Source: Takakia lepidozioides (Eukaryota > Plantae > Bryophyta). From it: a stretch of DNA of 64,000 nt. The stretch is taken from assembly GCA_030704615.1 (NCBI GenBank), contig CM060731.1:28148001-28212000 (forward strand). The letters run 5' to 3'. The translations under genes and the position numbers were made by a program. Shown piece by piece: positions 1 through 14,429 of this stretch (the first letter of the stretch is position 1; each line of letters begins with the position of its first letter). Under the pieces are notes generated by a model, which saw nothing but the letters and a program-made list of their open reading frames with translations, did not search any database and was not told the DNA's origin.

Positions 1-3000
1 GCAAACAAACCAGAGCTCAAAGCCGAGCAGATCTTGTTCAGGTGTAACAGCTCATTCCGCTCCTAGTTACCTATCTTCTCCCCAGGGTCTTACAGTGATC
101 TACCATACAGTTGTGCATTGTTTATCTTCATGCTGTCCAGTCTGATTTAATCAAGTTGTTTGGTGCTTTCACACCATCTGTCCGATGGGACAACCTGTAG
201 AACAGTGTTTCGGGAGATTCTTCAAATGATTTTGTCGAAGAGGCTAGAATGACATGGGACTTTTAAGGTAATACACATGTGCAAGGGCCTCAAAGTTCAA
301 TGACGCAGATATGGGCATTGTGTACTTAGTTCTGCAGGTAGAGCTGAGTAGTTACGCGTTGGAAATCAAGGCAAAGATACAAGAGGCACTGCAGAAGTTT
401 TGTGAGGAATCGGGACACTTGAGGGATGAAGCCCAAGCATACGTCAGTGAGCTTCAGTTACTTACTGTTAAGGTAAAAGCCTCCACTCTCCAGAACTACA
501 TGTACATATATGATTTCCCGCATACCAACTTTCTGGCCCATATAACCACTTTAAAAACTGGGAAACGCAGGACTGTAGATGTCGAAATATAGAGCGATGC
601 ACAGTGCTAACTATCTAGAGGTCTGAAATTCATGAAACACCTGGCGAGCGCATAAAGAGATGATAGTAGCCTGCAATTAACTGTAGAGATCTGTTGGCAT
701 TTCTCTTCTAGATCTATATATGTAAAGAATCATTCTCGGAAGCAACCGGATGTGTGGCTACTGCAGGAACCAAAGGTAAAATTGCGAGAATGTGGACGGC
801 CGTTACTACTGAACAGCGCATCTCCACGAATGCATGAACCTGGGATCAAGGAGCAAAGTCGGGATAAAGCCAACAATGATAAAGCTCAAAACTTCTACAA
901 CTCAAACTGTTGCAGGCGTGGAATTCGGGCCCTGCGTTCAGCGACAAATAGTGCATGCCAGACGCATAATCATAAAGCAGAGCACGGGCTTCGCCATACA
1001 CCTTGTGGCGATCAGCATCAAAGCGGGCACTGTGTAAGTGTCCTGGGAGTAACGTCCTACTCTTTTGAGTACTTCCAGGGTTGTCGATTCAGAAGAAATG
1101 ATAAGAATGTTCAGTGCATATGTATGGACAATGTTCACCAAGATAGCAGTCCCTGGAAAATGCCTGTTTCTAATGATCAGCTGATGGGGGCTAGTATTGA
1201 GGTACTTCAGTCGAGATCAGTTAACCCGCACGAAATGTATCGTTCCTTCACAAACGTAAAGCTGTCGATCTTCCAGTGCTCTCAAGTGTGTTGACAAATT
1301 CCATGCTTGTCGACATCCTAAATTTGGGTGTTCTTCAGCAGGGCCACAGGTCCAAGTCGCCCACAACGACGAATCCTGCAAAAGAGTGGGTCGCCAATCC
1401 AATTTTCAATCAGATAAAGGAAACTTCCAACCAGGGACCAACGCCTCTAGAGACTCGGCTACAACTTGTGGAGGAGACAATGGGATACTTAAGGAACTCA
1501 CAAGGCTCACTAAAGGAAATCTTACAGCAGATCCTGGAGAGTCAACGCCTACAAGCCTCGCTTACCGTCATCGAGCAGCCCGCCACCCCCACCTGGAAAG
1601 TATGTGATTCTGTGGCACCACAGTTAACATTTACATATACACAAGTTTATGGGTCTGCCCTCGATCTCAACAAATGTTCAATTTATTTGTCTAACATTCC
1701 CAAACTTAAACATTGCCTTTCCCAGGTGAAGACGGTCGAGCTGAGTGGCGGTCATCCAGCCCTGGTGCAGAGTTCTAAAAAGTTGGCCGATCGACTCTTG
1801 GGGAAGGAGAGTGAGTCAGGTCGTACTTTTGGTAATGCTCCTCACGAAACCCACAAGGACAGTCCATCTACGGCCATTCTACCCTCTTGCATTGGACAGC
1901 AAGGCAGAAACTGCCATCTTGGCTCATGTAGCCAAGTACGCCAAGGGACCAAGCAATCACCCTTTTCGCAAAAGGGTCATGCAAAGAAGGCAGTGGTATT
2001 CAAAGACGAAGAAATGAGACGAGAACGGTCGCCTCGGAAGGAGGGTAAGATTCCACCAGGAGAGGGAAGCTCAAGATCAGACAGTAGAGGCAAAATGAGG
2101 ACAAAATATACTACAAAGGATGGACCAAAGAGCTGTGTTGAGACAGAGACAAGTTAAATCCTAGGTGCTAAAGCTTAGGGAACCTGCACATCCCTGGACC
2201 GAGCAGATGAAGTGACAGAACCGAGGTACGTAAAATGCGACTTATCATTGAAGACAGACGTGCTAATCCAAGATCAACTTAGATCAACAGTATCATTTTC
2301 CAGAGGTCTAACTAGGTCACTTCTCCAGAAAACCACTTACTAGGTCAATAAGTTGATGGATCAAGGTAAAACAAGCACTGACTTCAGATTTCGCCGGGCC
2401 CTTGTCGGTTTTCTGTCATCTAGTTCTTCTGTCGAGCTCTCTTTTTTTGATAGTACAGGCTTCCTTTGTGACTTTTGATGTGTGTTTATGCAGGTATCTC
2501 TGTCGCGCTCGTGATTTCCTTTCGAATAGAACATTTCAATTTTCAAATTGTGAGGTGGATTTGGGTCGTCAACGTTCGCTCGAGCTCTTGTCTCAGCTTT
2601 CATCAGGTCTTCTCTAACTTTAGATTCCTGCCAACAATAGACATATAGGGAACGGTGCCTCAAGAGAGATCCTATTGTAGGGGTCTAATTCAACTTGAAG
2701 GCAGGACCATTGTCAACGTGAAACCAGTACAGGATCGCCAGCGGCCTTGATATAGTACGTAAGGCAGCCACAAAAAGTATACCAAAATTCTGAAAGGGAA
2801 TCAGGCATTCCTGCCTCGCATGCCCCTTCATTTACTTCACACTTCCAGCGCTTTCCAAATCTATGCGTTGGGCATATGAGGGGCAGAAAAGAGAGAGAAG
2901 GGAAAAATTGACGCCACAACCTTTTGATCGAATTAGAAAAAGCATGCATGCATAAATTATGAAGCTGTAAGGCCATCTGGAGTGATGATCTGTACGAGTG

Positions 3001-3550
3001 TCACAGCGCTGATATATATTGACCTATTAGATAAGATGTGTGGATCCAACATGTGCCAGGCCAGCTGCGGACCGTGTGCTGCTACAGCCCATTTTCTTGC
3101 CTAAGAATAATTCCATTCATGATTCATACTATGTATGGAAAAAATGGGCTCTGGCTACGATTCCAGGTTGTACTCTCCCATGGCAGAGAAATCCCGCACT
3201 TGACCAGTGGAAATTTTTGTTCAAATTAGTAGTGAACTTCACTCGAACTTCACTGGAGGGAATCATTTTCGAATTCATGGTGTGTCACCGTTCGCCTTGA
3301 AGGTGCTATGTTTGGTCCCAGGTCGATATCCGGGCTTTCAAGCACTTCGCCAGTGGCAAGGAGCAGGGCGTCTAAAGAGGTGATCTACCTGCTCGTCCTC
3401 GATGTTATAACTGATGTATGTACAGTTCAGATCTATTGCTTTCGTCTTGATACTTGATCTAGTCGCTTCTTTACAGGAATCTCTCTAATGTGTACTTGCG
3501 TAACTAAGTAGTTGGAGTCTGAACCTTGTACATGTATTGCCAGATGCCAT

Positions 3551-3700
3551 ACCATTTCATTTCTTGTGGAGAGCCCCTCTTTTTCTTGTTTGTTTTGTTG
3601 CTTTTGGGCGGCTTCTCGCTCCCTCGGCTTCTGTGTTTTCTTTTCCTTCTTTCTTGTTTCTTCTTTTCCTTTTGTCCCATAAGCCATTTCATTTCATTTC
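3551..3700 (+). mobile_element. 5'-truncated LINE 3' end(s) with (ATTTC)n tails
   Basis: TTGTCCCATAAGC followed by CATTTCATTTCATTTC matches the 3' end of the LINE at 17172-17240. A second CCATTTCATTTC lies just upstream at 3551. Confidence 0.6.
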
Positions 3701-5705
3701 CTTTCTTGAAATGTTTCTCTCATCTCTTGACTCTGCGGCCTGTCCCTCTTCATTCGGTTTTTCTGCGTATATGGGTGCAGTCTTGGTTGTACATGTGGCA
3801 TGATGGACGACTTGTTTTCGAATTAGGTGCCCGTCTCATCTCGAGAACCTGGACTCTCAGAATTTTTAAGCTCATGGAACTACACTTTATCAATTGCTGC
3901 TATGTATATTAACCTGCATTTACTGATACATTGGGAACAAATCTATATTTTATTCATGATGACTTCAGATCTAAGCCATGGTCAGCGCTGGTACTCTCTT
4001 CAGACTGCCTCCAGGCTAACTTACTGCCTCCAAGCCGCAGTCTGACCTTTTGCAGGTTGTCTTCAAGCACAGTGCATTGGAGGGATCGGCAGGTTAATCA
4101 ACTGCCTGATAATTTTTTGCAACTATGAGGTTGAGGTCAGCGATGCTGGAACAGAGCTACCTGATGTGTGCCAAATTCCTCGGTGTGCTAGAATATATCT
4201 CCAGGACGAGTCGGCATGGCATGAAATGTGTTGAGGAGATGCTGTCAGCCAAGCCTCCACACCCTTCTGTTTTGGAGTCCGTCGTGGAATTTTCGCTGAT
4301 AATAGAATGTAGAGATGGCGTGTAATTTGGATTGTGAAGAATCTGTAGAAAAACGCAGATGGTGGAACGATTTGATCAGTTGTTCTAAAGCATGAAGCGA
4401 GCTGGGCATTATTACACTATGTACGTACAATGTGGGCTGATTTTTTTGAGATAGATCTGGGGATGTATTGTGGAAACAACCAACGAAACCAACTGTGATG
4501 TAAAATATTTCGTTCCCGGTATCTTGCTCTAAAACATTATGCCTCATCTGCCATAGTCGGTTCTCTGGATATATCGATCCAGCTTGATTTGAACCGACCA
4601 TTTTACTGATCATGTGAGCTGTGTTGTTGCATGGAACTTAGCGCTGGATATTCAGATTAGGGTCAAAGTCGCTGACCGTACCTTGTGAGTGGATCAACCT
4701 AAAGAAAGCAACAGTCTACCTCGACAAATGGAGCAAGTTTCGCAATGCTGATTCTCTGAGGAATTGAGATTTTAGATCAGCAGACCCTTCATCGGCCCGT
4801 GAAATTCGATGCTTGCAGCAAAACCTAACGAGAAGGGGTCAGTTAAAGAAAGGATAACTGCCAGCCAGCTATCCACTTCCTCGGTGTGCCTTCACATGCC
4901 TGATTGCAAAGAACTGCAAAGCTACCTATGAACTTGAGATGAAGCAAGAACATTACACATGCACTCAAAGCAAACAATCAGAAAAACGTGGAATGAACTG
5001 ATTATACAATGAGAGCCTGGCCAGCTTGAATACCGCCATGTTATTACTAGGGAGTATTTTGTTACAATCGCATAGAATACCCAACAAAAATATGAAGGGG
5101 GCCCGAGTATTCTAACAAATGTCATCACACCGACCTTGCTTGTCGGGTGTCCAGATAGAATCTATTTTGGTTGTTTGGACAAAACCTGGATATACAAAAA
5201 GCATTGTTCTCCCTTTCTCATCTCACGTACAACAGCAGTCTCTGTATGTGGCACCAGCCTCTCGTCTACTACTAAGCTCCATGTGCACCCTGGGCAATGC
5301 CGACTAGCGCACTCCTTCCTATACAGATCCTCCCTACATACTGGCCTGCTTGCATTCCACGTACTTTTCCTGCACCTTTGACAGAGACAAAGGCTTTGTA
5401 ACACTACAGCGAGGTTACATTAGGAGAGACACCTCCCTCGCCACTACGGATGTTGCAAACCAGTCCATCGTGCCGGGTGGACTTCCAGGAAATGATAGGT
5501 CTTTCCTACCTCCTCCATTTGAACTGCGCTGCAAGTAAACTGAAACCCAGCCAGAAAAAGGCTCAGGAACTCACATGGCCATAGTGTAACTTAATCAGCC
5601 ACGTGAGAGTTTGTTAGCACTGCCCATGTGAGTCTCCTTGCCTAGCCACATTACGTATGCGTTGGAAGAGCCAACTTGAAGGAATCCACTGTAAAACTCC
5701 GTAAC

Positions 5706-7175
5706 CTATATAATGTGCCACCAATGAGGGGACAGAATTGTAATAACGAGAGAAAACAAAAGAGCCCTCTCCAGATGACTTTTGCTGTAGTAGGCTGCAC
5801 TTGGCAACGGAGCAGGTGAGCCAGGGGGCAAGGCATTCCCTTCATAAAGAACTGACGAAGAATTTGGACACAAATCGACACCACTCGAGCTTCTGCTTTC
5901 CGGCACCGAAGTGTAACAGAGACCGGGGTTGTTTCTCAGATGCAAATTCTGACCCATTTTCTGGACGAAGGAGGGTGGAAATGGGACTGGCCCGGAGAGC
6001 AAATTCCCGTCCAAATTCAACGTGAAAATGTGTGGCAATGAGGCCAGCGCCGCTGGAAGGTCACCAGTCAGCCTGTTGTCGCTAAGACCAAGGTATCTTA
6101 GATTAGTCAAGTACTTGAACGAGCTGGGTATACTGCCAACGTATCTTGAAGCCGACAGGTCCAACCTCACCAGATTGGTCAGGTTACTCAAAGCGTCAGG
6201 TAGTTCTCCTCCAATGCTGTTCGCGTTGAGAAAGAGATCCTGAAGACTGCAGAGTCTACCAAGAGTCTGTGGTAATACTCCAGAAACATTATTGAAACTA
6301 AGGTCGAGAAAAGTAAGAGCTTGAAGACCGGTGAACGTATCAGGCAGACTTCCTTGGAGCCTGTTGTAGCTCATTGCCAGTCTCTGAAGTGAACCCATGC
6401 CAGCACTTAACGCTGCTGGGAACTCCCCGTCCAACTGGTTGTACCTCAGGTCTAGAATCACAAGGTTGCTCAGAGCACCCAGACTTCCAGGAACAGAACC
6501 AGTGAGAAGATTATGACTGAAGTCGAGCTGCATCAGATTCCGCAGGTTTCCCAGTTCATCAGGAATACTTCCTTCCAAACAGTTCCGTGCAAGAATCAAC
6601 CGCTGCAGGCCCGTGAGATTTCCGAACCCAGATGGTATACTGCCAGCCAACCCAGGGTTGTTACTGAAAGTAAGCAGCCTCAATGACGGCCCGAGCTCCG
6701 AAATCTCCTCTGGTATGCTGACCGTGTCATTCATAAAACAGTTGTAGAAAAGGAGAGTGTCGAGCCGCGTAAGGTTGAATATAGAAGGGGGAATTGTTGC
6801 ATTCTCGCTACAAGGGATGATGTTGGCGGTGGGTGAGATGAACCCAAATTCCATTTGAGTAACGTAATAAACCCCTGTGACACTATCTGGTTGACATCCG
6901 ATACCTTGCGGGCCACTGATGCAAGGGTCCGTGTAAAATCCTCTCCAATCAAATTCATAGTTCATGGAGTACATCACATCATACAGAACCTCTTTATCCA
7001 AGGGATTGGTAACCTGGGCACGTGCTGTGGACGCTAGGCAATCGCACATCCAGATAACAGTTACAGCAAGAACACTCAGATATGGGTGGGAAAGACTTGA
7101 GGACCTCCGGGTCTGGTGACAGGCAGCATTACGATGGGTGGGAGCGCAAGTACGTGAAAGCGTGGAAGTCGGCAT
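5706..7175 (-). CDS. LRR receptor-like protein, RLP29/PII-2/TMM group (single exon, no kinase)
   Basis: 489-aa ORF with a hydrophobic signal-like segment, a Cys-containing N-cap (DPC...GIGC...YVTQMEFG, LFYNCF, SNNPGL), about 10 plant LRRs (LxxLxLxxNxLxGxIP), an NPGLC C-cap and a hydrophobic tail. The true start may be downstream. Confidence 0.9.
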   Translation of the reverse strand: MPTSTLSRTCAPTHRNAACHQTRRSSSLSHPYLSVLAVTVIWMCDCLASTARAQVTNPLDKEVLYDVMYSMNYEFDWRGFYTDPCISGPQGIGCQPDSVTGVYYVTQMEFGFISPTANIIPCSENATIPPSIFNLTRLDTLLFYNCFMNDTVSIPEEISELGPSLRLLTFSNNPGLAGSIPSGFGNLTGLQRLILARNCLEGSIPDELGNLRNLMQLDFSHNLLTGSVPGSLGALSNLVILDLRYNQLDGEFPAALSAGMGSLQRLAMSYNRLQGSLPDTFTGLQALTFLDLSFNNVSGVLPQTLGRLCSLQDLFLNANSIGGELPDALSNLTNLVRLDLSASRYVGSIPSSFKYLTNLRYLGLSDNRLTGDLPAALASLPHIFTLNLDGNLLSGPVPFPPSFVQKMGQNLHLRNNPGLCYTSVPESRSSSGVDLCPNSSSVLYEGNALPPGSPAPLPSAAYYSKSHLERALLFSLVITILSPHWWHII

Positions 7176-10100
7176 GACTGGCGAAGAAAACAGGTGGACT
7201 GTTTTGGAACTAGTGTTGAGCTGGTTAACTGATACGGCAACAGAGGGATATCTAAAGAAACAGTACAGAAAGACACTCTTGGAAAGAGCTTTGGAATTGG
7301 GAGGAATACGAAAAGATGTGACCTCAAATGGGCTGCATGGATAAGAAAAAGTTTCAACAGTTCCAACAATGAACTACTGTCAAGATAGAAAGGCAACTGA
7401 AGACAATGGCGGACAGTGCAGCACAAATTGGAGGACGGCAGAACGTGGAGCACTTGGAGTCCGACTCCTACGAGCCAACATGAAAGTTCTTCTGGAGAGA
7501 GTAAAACAGAAAAGACATAGCGAGGCAAGGAGCTGCACAAAACAAACACTCAGGAGAGCGGCGCTGGTGGGCTATTTAAAACCATCGTATCTAATAAAAG
7601 ACCAAGATCGCACTATCAGGTAGATGTATGTAGACGGAAGTGCTCGAGCCTAGACAGCTGAGGAGTTGCGAAATTTCTCCTACCCAGGTACGACTTGAAA
7701 GCTTCCTGCTTTCCAGCATGATTGCGTTGCAGATGTTCACTAAGAAGGCGACGAGATATGAAACAAAAACAACCCTTGAGTTTCCACGCCTGCACACACT
7801 CGCCACCCCTGTGACCTTCAAGCTGGCGCCCGCAAGAACACAACTACAGAAGCAGAAAATGTCTGTGTGCACGCAGAGACAACAAGGCAAGCGACGTAGC
7901 AAAGAGAGGGAAGTGTGGCCGCATTGCAGGAGATGGCGCAGGAAGAAAGACAAGGAGGAGGAAGCCGGTACGTGTGGCGGCGCCTGCACGGGGGCGAATA
8001 ATAAGTGTCGCGAGAGCCCTGTATCATCATGGCGGCGCCCCGGGTGCCCCTTTACACCCCTCTACACACTTCTACTCACTTGAGCTCCTGCACTGCTTTC
8101 AGACCCATTTGCTAATTTTCGGAAAGCTTTCAAACCCATATCTTAGTTTTCCCGTCTCAAGTGGAACTAAATTGTCACTCACAGTCCCGACTCTTCACCC
8201 ATTTTCTCTATTAGAGGAGTAAACAGCAAACAGGCTACCTGTAGGCCTACTTGCATAGTTCTTCGAACCATTTTCATAACCATTGGTTTAATTGTGATTT
8301 TTCTATTCAAGGCATTGATGCATCAATGCATCAAAACCCAACTCCTGATTAAGAAGTGGGGAGACAAGCACCTGTAAGTTAATGCCAACTGGGTTTGGAG
8401 TTTGAACGTTTGAACTCCGGAGCTCAGATGCACCCAGGGAAGTTTCGGGTCCCCGGGAGCTGGAAACGTACTTGTGTGCAGCTGTTGGCCGTCAGATGCA
8501 TGCGCAGGCCTCAATCTATACCGTTACACACACCTTCAATGTTAACTGTCATCTTTTCTTTACATACTTGTGTTATTCATCAGACGTTATGCTGCTTTGC
8601 AGCCGAGTCACTCATCATCACACGTAATTATTGGCTCTGTCATTAGTTTACTAAACTGCAATCCTACATGTGTTCTCGAACTTCGTAGACCTCTCGACGT
8701 CTTACCTACTGTTGCATATGAAACATTGTCACTCTACAACCCAAGTGTGCGATGCTGTGATGAATCATTTCTCGAATACCGAGACGTTTACATTGTTATA
8801 CTATAGAATGCTCGAAGTTGTAAGAAGGGAATGTGCTATAAATGCGGCACGATAGTAGAAGTTGGGTTTGATCAGTGTGGCAGCTTTACGTTGCTTATGA
8901 TGGGTGACTTTTGGATATCAAATGGATTACTTAAAGAGAGTGATAAGTTTGAATCATAACTGCTGCATCTTTTTGAAAGTTAGCAACACTAATAAACAAG
9001 GCATGGCCCCGCCCAAGTGCTTCCCAGTGCCCATTTCAAGTTCGAATCTCCTTGCGTGTCCCGGTAAAATTTCGACCAAATGGGTTACATGAACATTTTA
9101 CTCAGAACATTGTAAGAAATGAGGTAGTATGAATTGGGATTTGGGATTGAGCTGGGAGAAGGAAAAAGGAAAGGACTTTACAAGGGCTGCAGAAGGCAGG
9201 AAGCTTGGATGATTGGGTCATGAATGGAGGTGTGGGGAACATTCTCTGTCTTGGCTCTTCATCTCCATCTTCAGTCTGCCTGCATCTCTGACCCCTGCAA
9301 AGTTCAATCTTTCACCAAGTACTTACCGGTGCAGTGAACCAAAGCTGCCAAAAAGCTCAAACATATCATACATGGTGATGGTATTTCTGTTAGGACTCGA
9401 AAGGCATGATGATGGCGAGGTAGTTGCCCAGGCTTTAAAAAAATCTATGGACAATTTTTTGCTACCCACCGGCAATGCCACGAGCAATAGAAAATCTTGT
9501 AGATCATTTTGGCTGATAGCAGTTTGTGGTGAGTAAAGAAGATGAAGCAATCTGCCACGGAGATTTCACAAGCGGAAATGTCCTGCAACATCAAGGGGAT
9601 ATCTTCCAAGTGCTAGACTTCTGGATGTAATCTGCCACATCTCCAACACCCTTATTGAGCTGCTGCGAGCATCATTTCTAACTTCGATAATCCAGCTTGG
9701 CAATTCGGGCATAAAGTTCACCCTTTCCTCAATCCGTGGCACAAACCAACGTGAACTGATATAAATCTCTTGGGTTTGGTGGACAGTACACACAGAAATT
9801 AAGAGCCTTCTTCTCTATCTTCGTTGGACTAGAAACGAGTTCACCTCGATTTCCATGGGTGCTATGATGAATCAGGCTGACGGCGATTGCAATCCGTTAG
9901 AATAAAGGGCTGCCGTCGACGGCGACTGGCAGTAATGGGGAGCGAGCCCAACTTGGATCTGATGTTGTGCCTTGGCTTGTGTGCCTTCTTCCGGCTTTCA
10001 ATGCGACTCCCTACGTCTATGCAGCTTTCTGCATGTTATTCCTTGTGCATTTCTGGCGCAACCGGAAAGCTTCCCCACGGGCCATATCCGACATGCATCT

Positions 10101-13100
10101 CAGTTTCATACCTCCCTCCTGGAATACTGTTGTTTCGTGGGTTTTAGCTGTTTATACCTCAAAAAGTAATATTGTGACGAGTATCTCATTCCATACAACG
10201 AATCTGTGTGAACGGAAACCTTTGATCCCTACAACCCAATACCTAGACCCAAGACTGGGACCGGTGCAGGTTGTAGGAGGTGAGAACTTTCTACCAGGCA
10301 CTTACAGAAGTTACAATGTCGTCGCCGCCTATTTCCAAAATATCCTCATGGTACTAAGAAGGCTGCAACTATATCTAAGCAGCAGTCCTAGCAGTCTATC
10401 AGGGAGATCACTACTCACTACCCGTCCTGGGCGTCCTCAGTCCTAACTCCTAACACCCACTACGGATTGGATGCGTGGATATAACTGAATGTGCGGCTTG
10501 CCCAACACCTGCAGAGTAAATTATCCATAACTAAGAACCTCAAACAAACCCTACAAGACAATAGAGAAATAGGTCACAGTTGGAGCCGTTACGAAGTCAC
10601 CAGGGGACCCACGGACGGCTGAAGCTTCTAGTACGCACGCTGCACGCAGTACTTACCACACTCGTAGACGTGAACTTTGTTTGAGGGGGCAAAGTACTGA
10701 CTAGGCTAATCAAGTTTGCTTAGCATAATGCAATCTTTCAGATCGCTCTCACTAAATTGTGAGACTGCTGAGTACTATGTGATGTTCACTAGATTGATTT
10801 TCCAAGATTTCCTTTCTATATTATACCAACTTGGATTGGGCAGCCTGGGTGTTTCCTGGATGTTTTACTCAACTACCAAAGGTCCTATTCCTATCTCGAA
10901 GCTCCTAGCGAGCATCATCTGTTGTAGTTGATGTACAGATTGTCAGATTACCTAATTTCTCTTCTACTTGCTAGCATTTCATTCCTCCTTCCCATCGACA
11001 CCTAGGTGTATATCTGAACTAGAGCTGCAGGTGTGAAGTGATATCCACTCCTCTCTCTCTCACACTCGGCTAGAAAGGCCGATGCACCAACTCCTAACAG
11101 TAACTTCACTATAACACGACACTATGTACAAGCATAGACCATATCACTGAGAAGCTATGCAAAGGACTCTGACAGTGGGCGCAGTAACTTTAGAGCAAGA
11201 GCGTCTGACAGGACGGCATGGGGCAGGCGCGGTGAGGGTGGGATCTACTTGTTGCACTGGGCATCATTACCCAACCCAACTTCAAAAATATTGCAGGGAC
11301 AAGAACTGGTATTAACACGCAGCCAAGGAAAAGTGGTGTCCAGGGCAGCAGGTGCGTGGGATGGAAGTGGTGACTCAATGTGAGATGAGTGACGGGCGTG
11401 CTCTCATGAGCGCGTGTGTCACAGCAGTGCAGGGCGTGTAAAGGCAGGGACGCAGCCCAGTTGCAGTAACTTCACGCTGCGGTGACAGCACATGCCTTCC
11501 TCACCTTGCTGCTCCTCATGCCACCCACCCTTGCCCGCCTCTTGTATCCATGGCCCATTGTGGAAGGAACCGTTGACAAACCTCATTTGCTCATTATACA
11601 TATGATGAGTTGCAAATGTTGTCTCTTTTTTTGGACGACAAATCGATGCATGATTTGATGTTAGAAGGAACGATTGATAGAGGTAGCTGCCATTCAATAT
11701 GCATTGTATCTGCAGATCCAATGCACCTTTTTGAACTTCTCCAGATAATGAGGGTATTCAGGTTGCTCTTTCGAGTTTTCCTTGTCGCGTTGTGATAACA
11801 ACTCACTTCCTAGAATTGCACTCAAGTTTGCTATGTCAACACGCAAACACTTTCCCACCATGGGATCCTGCTTTGTCAACTACTGGATGTGGACGGTAAC
11901 ATGTGAGTGATCCAGGGCTCGGTGGGTAGGGGAAGCTATGAACACATGAATCATCCGTTGTAACCATCACTAAAGAGTGAATGATGTTGGGAGTCCTGCA
12001 AGGTGAGGTACAGCCGGTGGTGTGCACTTGTCATGCTCATCCATGAAATCCTGATGTGAAAGGTTGTTGGAGGGTCTCTATCTATCATCTCAAGGAACCA
12101 TCCGACATATTTCAACAGTCCTGCCCAGTACCATCCCCCACAAAACACAGTAGTGTACCGGTGCCATTGTAGTACTATCCCAATTATTTTGGAGACATAG
12201 AGGATAGACAGATTAGTTAATTATCACACCCAAGTACCCTCTCTGAATGAGTCATCAAAACTGAACTAATCATGTTTGCTAGATTAACTAACTGTCCAAG
12301 TAAACTGCCAGGGCCCAAGGGCACTGTCTGGAAGATAGACATAGCAGCTGAGTATTTATGCTTCTAGTAAGTACCTCTGTGAACAGACTGATCATGCAGT
12401 ATACATAACTAAGTGCCCAAGTAAAGGGCCCATAAGCTAAAATGAGGGTTTTGAAGCTATCATATGATTTCAAGTACCCTTTCAGTTAGGAAAGTAACTA
12501 TTGAATCACCATGATAGGGAGAGTAATCAACTACAGCCTGTTAAAGCTGGTGCAGTTTGTAGATATTATGTACAGTTATTGTCCATATTTATCTCTATTA
12601 ACAATGATCATGCAATGAGGAATCAACAATAGAAAATAAAAATAAAAATAAAAATAAACAGGATACGAGTCATGGGAGCCATGGATGGGATCTGGCCACT
12701 TGAATGAGATCTCATGTCATAAAGGTTCAAATTAAGTAGAGTCCTCAATGAATGCATGCTTATTAACTCCTACAACTTCATTGGAAATTGGACTCAAACG
12801 TGTCAATGCCCTCAATCGCTAGCAGCTAGATTTAAAGAAGCTAATATCAGAGGAATATGCAGAGAGGAGTGAATGCAATCTGCAAAGAAGAGCCTGGAGG
12901 TGGAGGTGGTGGCGACGTTCCCCAAAAATGCCATGGCGAACTGAGAAGAAGAGTCTCCGCAAGTCAACACCCACTCGATCATCACCATAACTCTGCGCCG
13001 CAATGCTATATGCCAGCCCATCTCAAGTCATTTTAGAGAATTGTGTGGTGGTGTTGAGTAGCAAACGGACCGAGGATCCGAATCCAGAGTCTTAATTGGT

Positions 13101-14050
13101 GATTAAGTTTTTTATTACTCGCCCTTGCTTAGTGGATCGCTAATCTCAATGGTACATTGTCACCCTCCTTATGCACACAACTGCAATAGTACTTTCAATC
13201 ACATCAAGTACTCACCCAAACTCAGTGCTGTTGACAGATCACCAGCTACACTTAGTTTGTCTGCACGCTGAGGAAATGTATGTGTATCTAATGTTCCTAT
13301 GGACTCTTTCTGTTCACATTCTCATATGTCCCGAAGAAGGTTTCTTAGGCTCCTACTCCATAATGAAGTTATTTGAAATCTGTCTTTATCACTCACTATT
13401 GATGAGCCTGCCACAGTAAATACTTACAGATTCACTGCTTGCCGGCAACGTGTGGACTCCTGTGGAGTGAAGTGCAATGAGTAGAATTAATACTATTTTG
13501 TATTCTCCGCTCTTCTACAAGGTGGAAAGTTGGAAACTGGAAACCACTGCACCAGCCCAGGCCAAACCCTAAAAACAAAAGCTGGACAATGATTTTCATT
13601 TGTTCACTCACTGCGCAATGCAATCTACTTTTGCTCGATTCTCTGCATGGACATCCGAAACGCTTTCAAGAGCTTACCCTCTATCATCCAGTCTCATTCC
13701 TGCTCAAACCGTGCACTTGTGAAAGAACCCAATGCACCCCTGTGGGGCCCCATCTCTCTCTACAGAAGAAACCTCATCACAAGCAAAGTGAAAGCCAACA
13801 ACAAAGTGTAAGTATGTAGCTTCACATATATATTATATACACAAGCTCTAAGTTCAGTGTGATAGCACTCATGCCTACACATGATGCCTCACTGAACCCT
13901 GTGTCAGCCCTTGTCCCCTTCGCACGTGCCGAAATCGTGGGACGGGCCCGTCCCAAAGCGCATGATCGATCGCCACCCGGCCCATCATTTTGGGACCGGG
14001 CCGCCCTTTTCACCCGTGCAAGCTAAGTTTCGCCACCTTCTGCCATACGT

Positions 14051-14429
14051 CACGGATGGATGAACCTCGTGGATGCGACGTTCAATCTCCACGGAGTTCG
14101 TCCGTAAGAACCTAATTTTCGAGCTACAGAGTGGATGACAAGTCCCCAGATCAACTGAAAATAGCTGCTCTGTTACCTGACAGGCTTAAGTTTAGTCCAC
14201 CCACTCCATAGTCGGTTTTAAATTAGTGGGGGGGCATCCTTATATCATTAAGTAGTGATTAACTAATTATACGCCTTCTGGGGCTCTTTATTAAGTATCT
14301 ACTTTAATTAGGCCGGCCAAATTATAGAGCCCTAATAATCTGGTCGTCAACCATTGCCGTTATGGGCGTACTTTTTCCCTCATGATGAACGACATCCAGA
14401 AGCTGAGCCAATATCATCCATCCACCGTG
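14051..14429. mobile_element. possible MITE with imperfect CACGG..GATGGATGA termini
   Basis: Left end CACGGATGGATGA, right end TCATCCATCCACCGTG. No convincing TSD. Confidence 0.35.

Noticed and set aside
5706-7175. Assigning the symbol TMM
   Set aside because: The SNNPGL and N-cap features look closer to RLP29/PII-2; orthology cannot be settled by eye.
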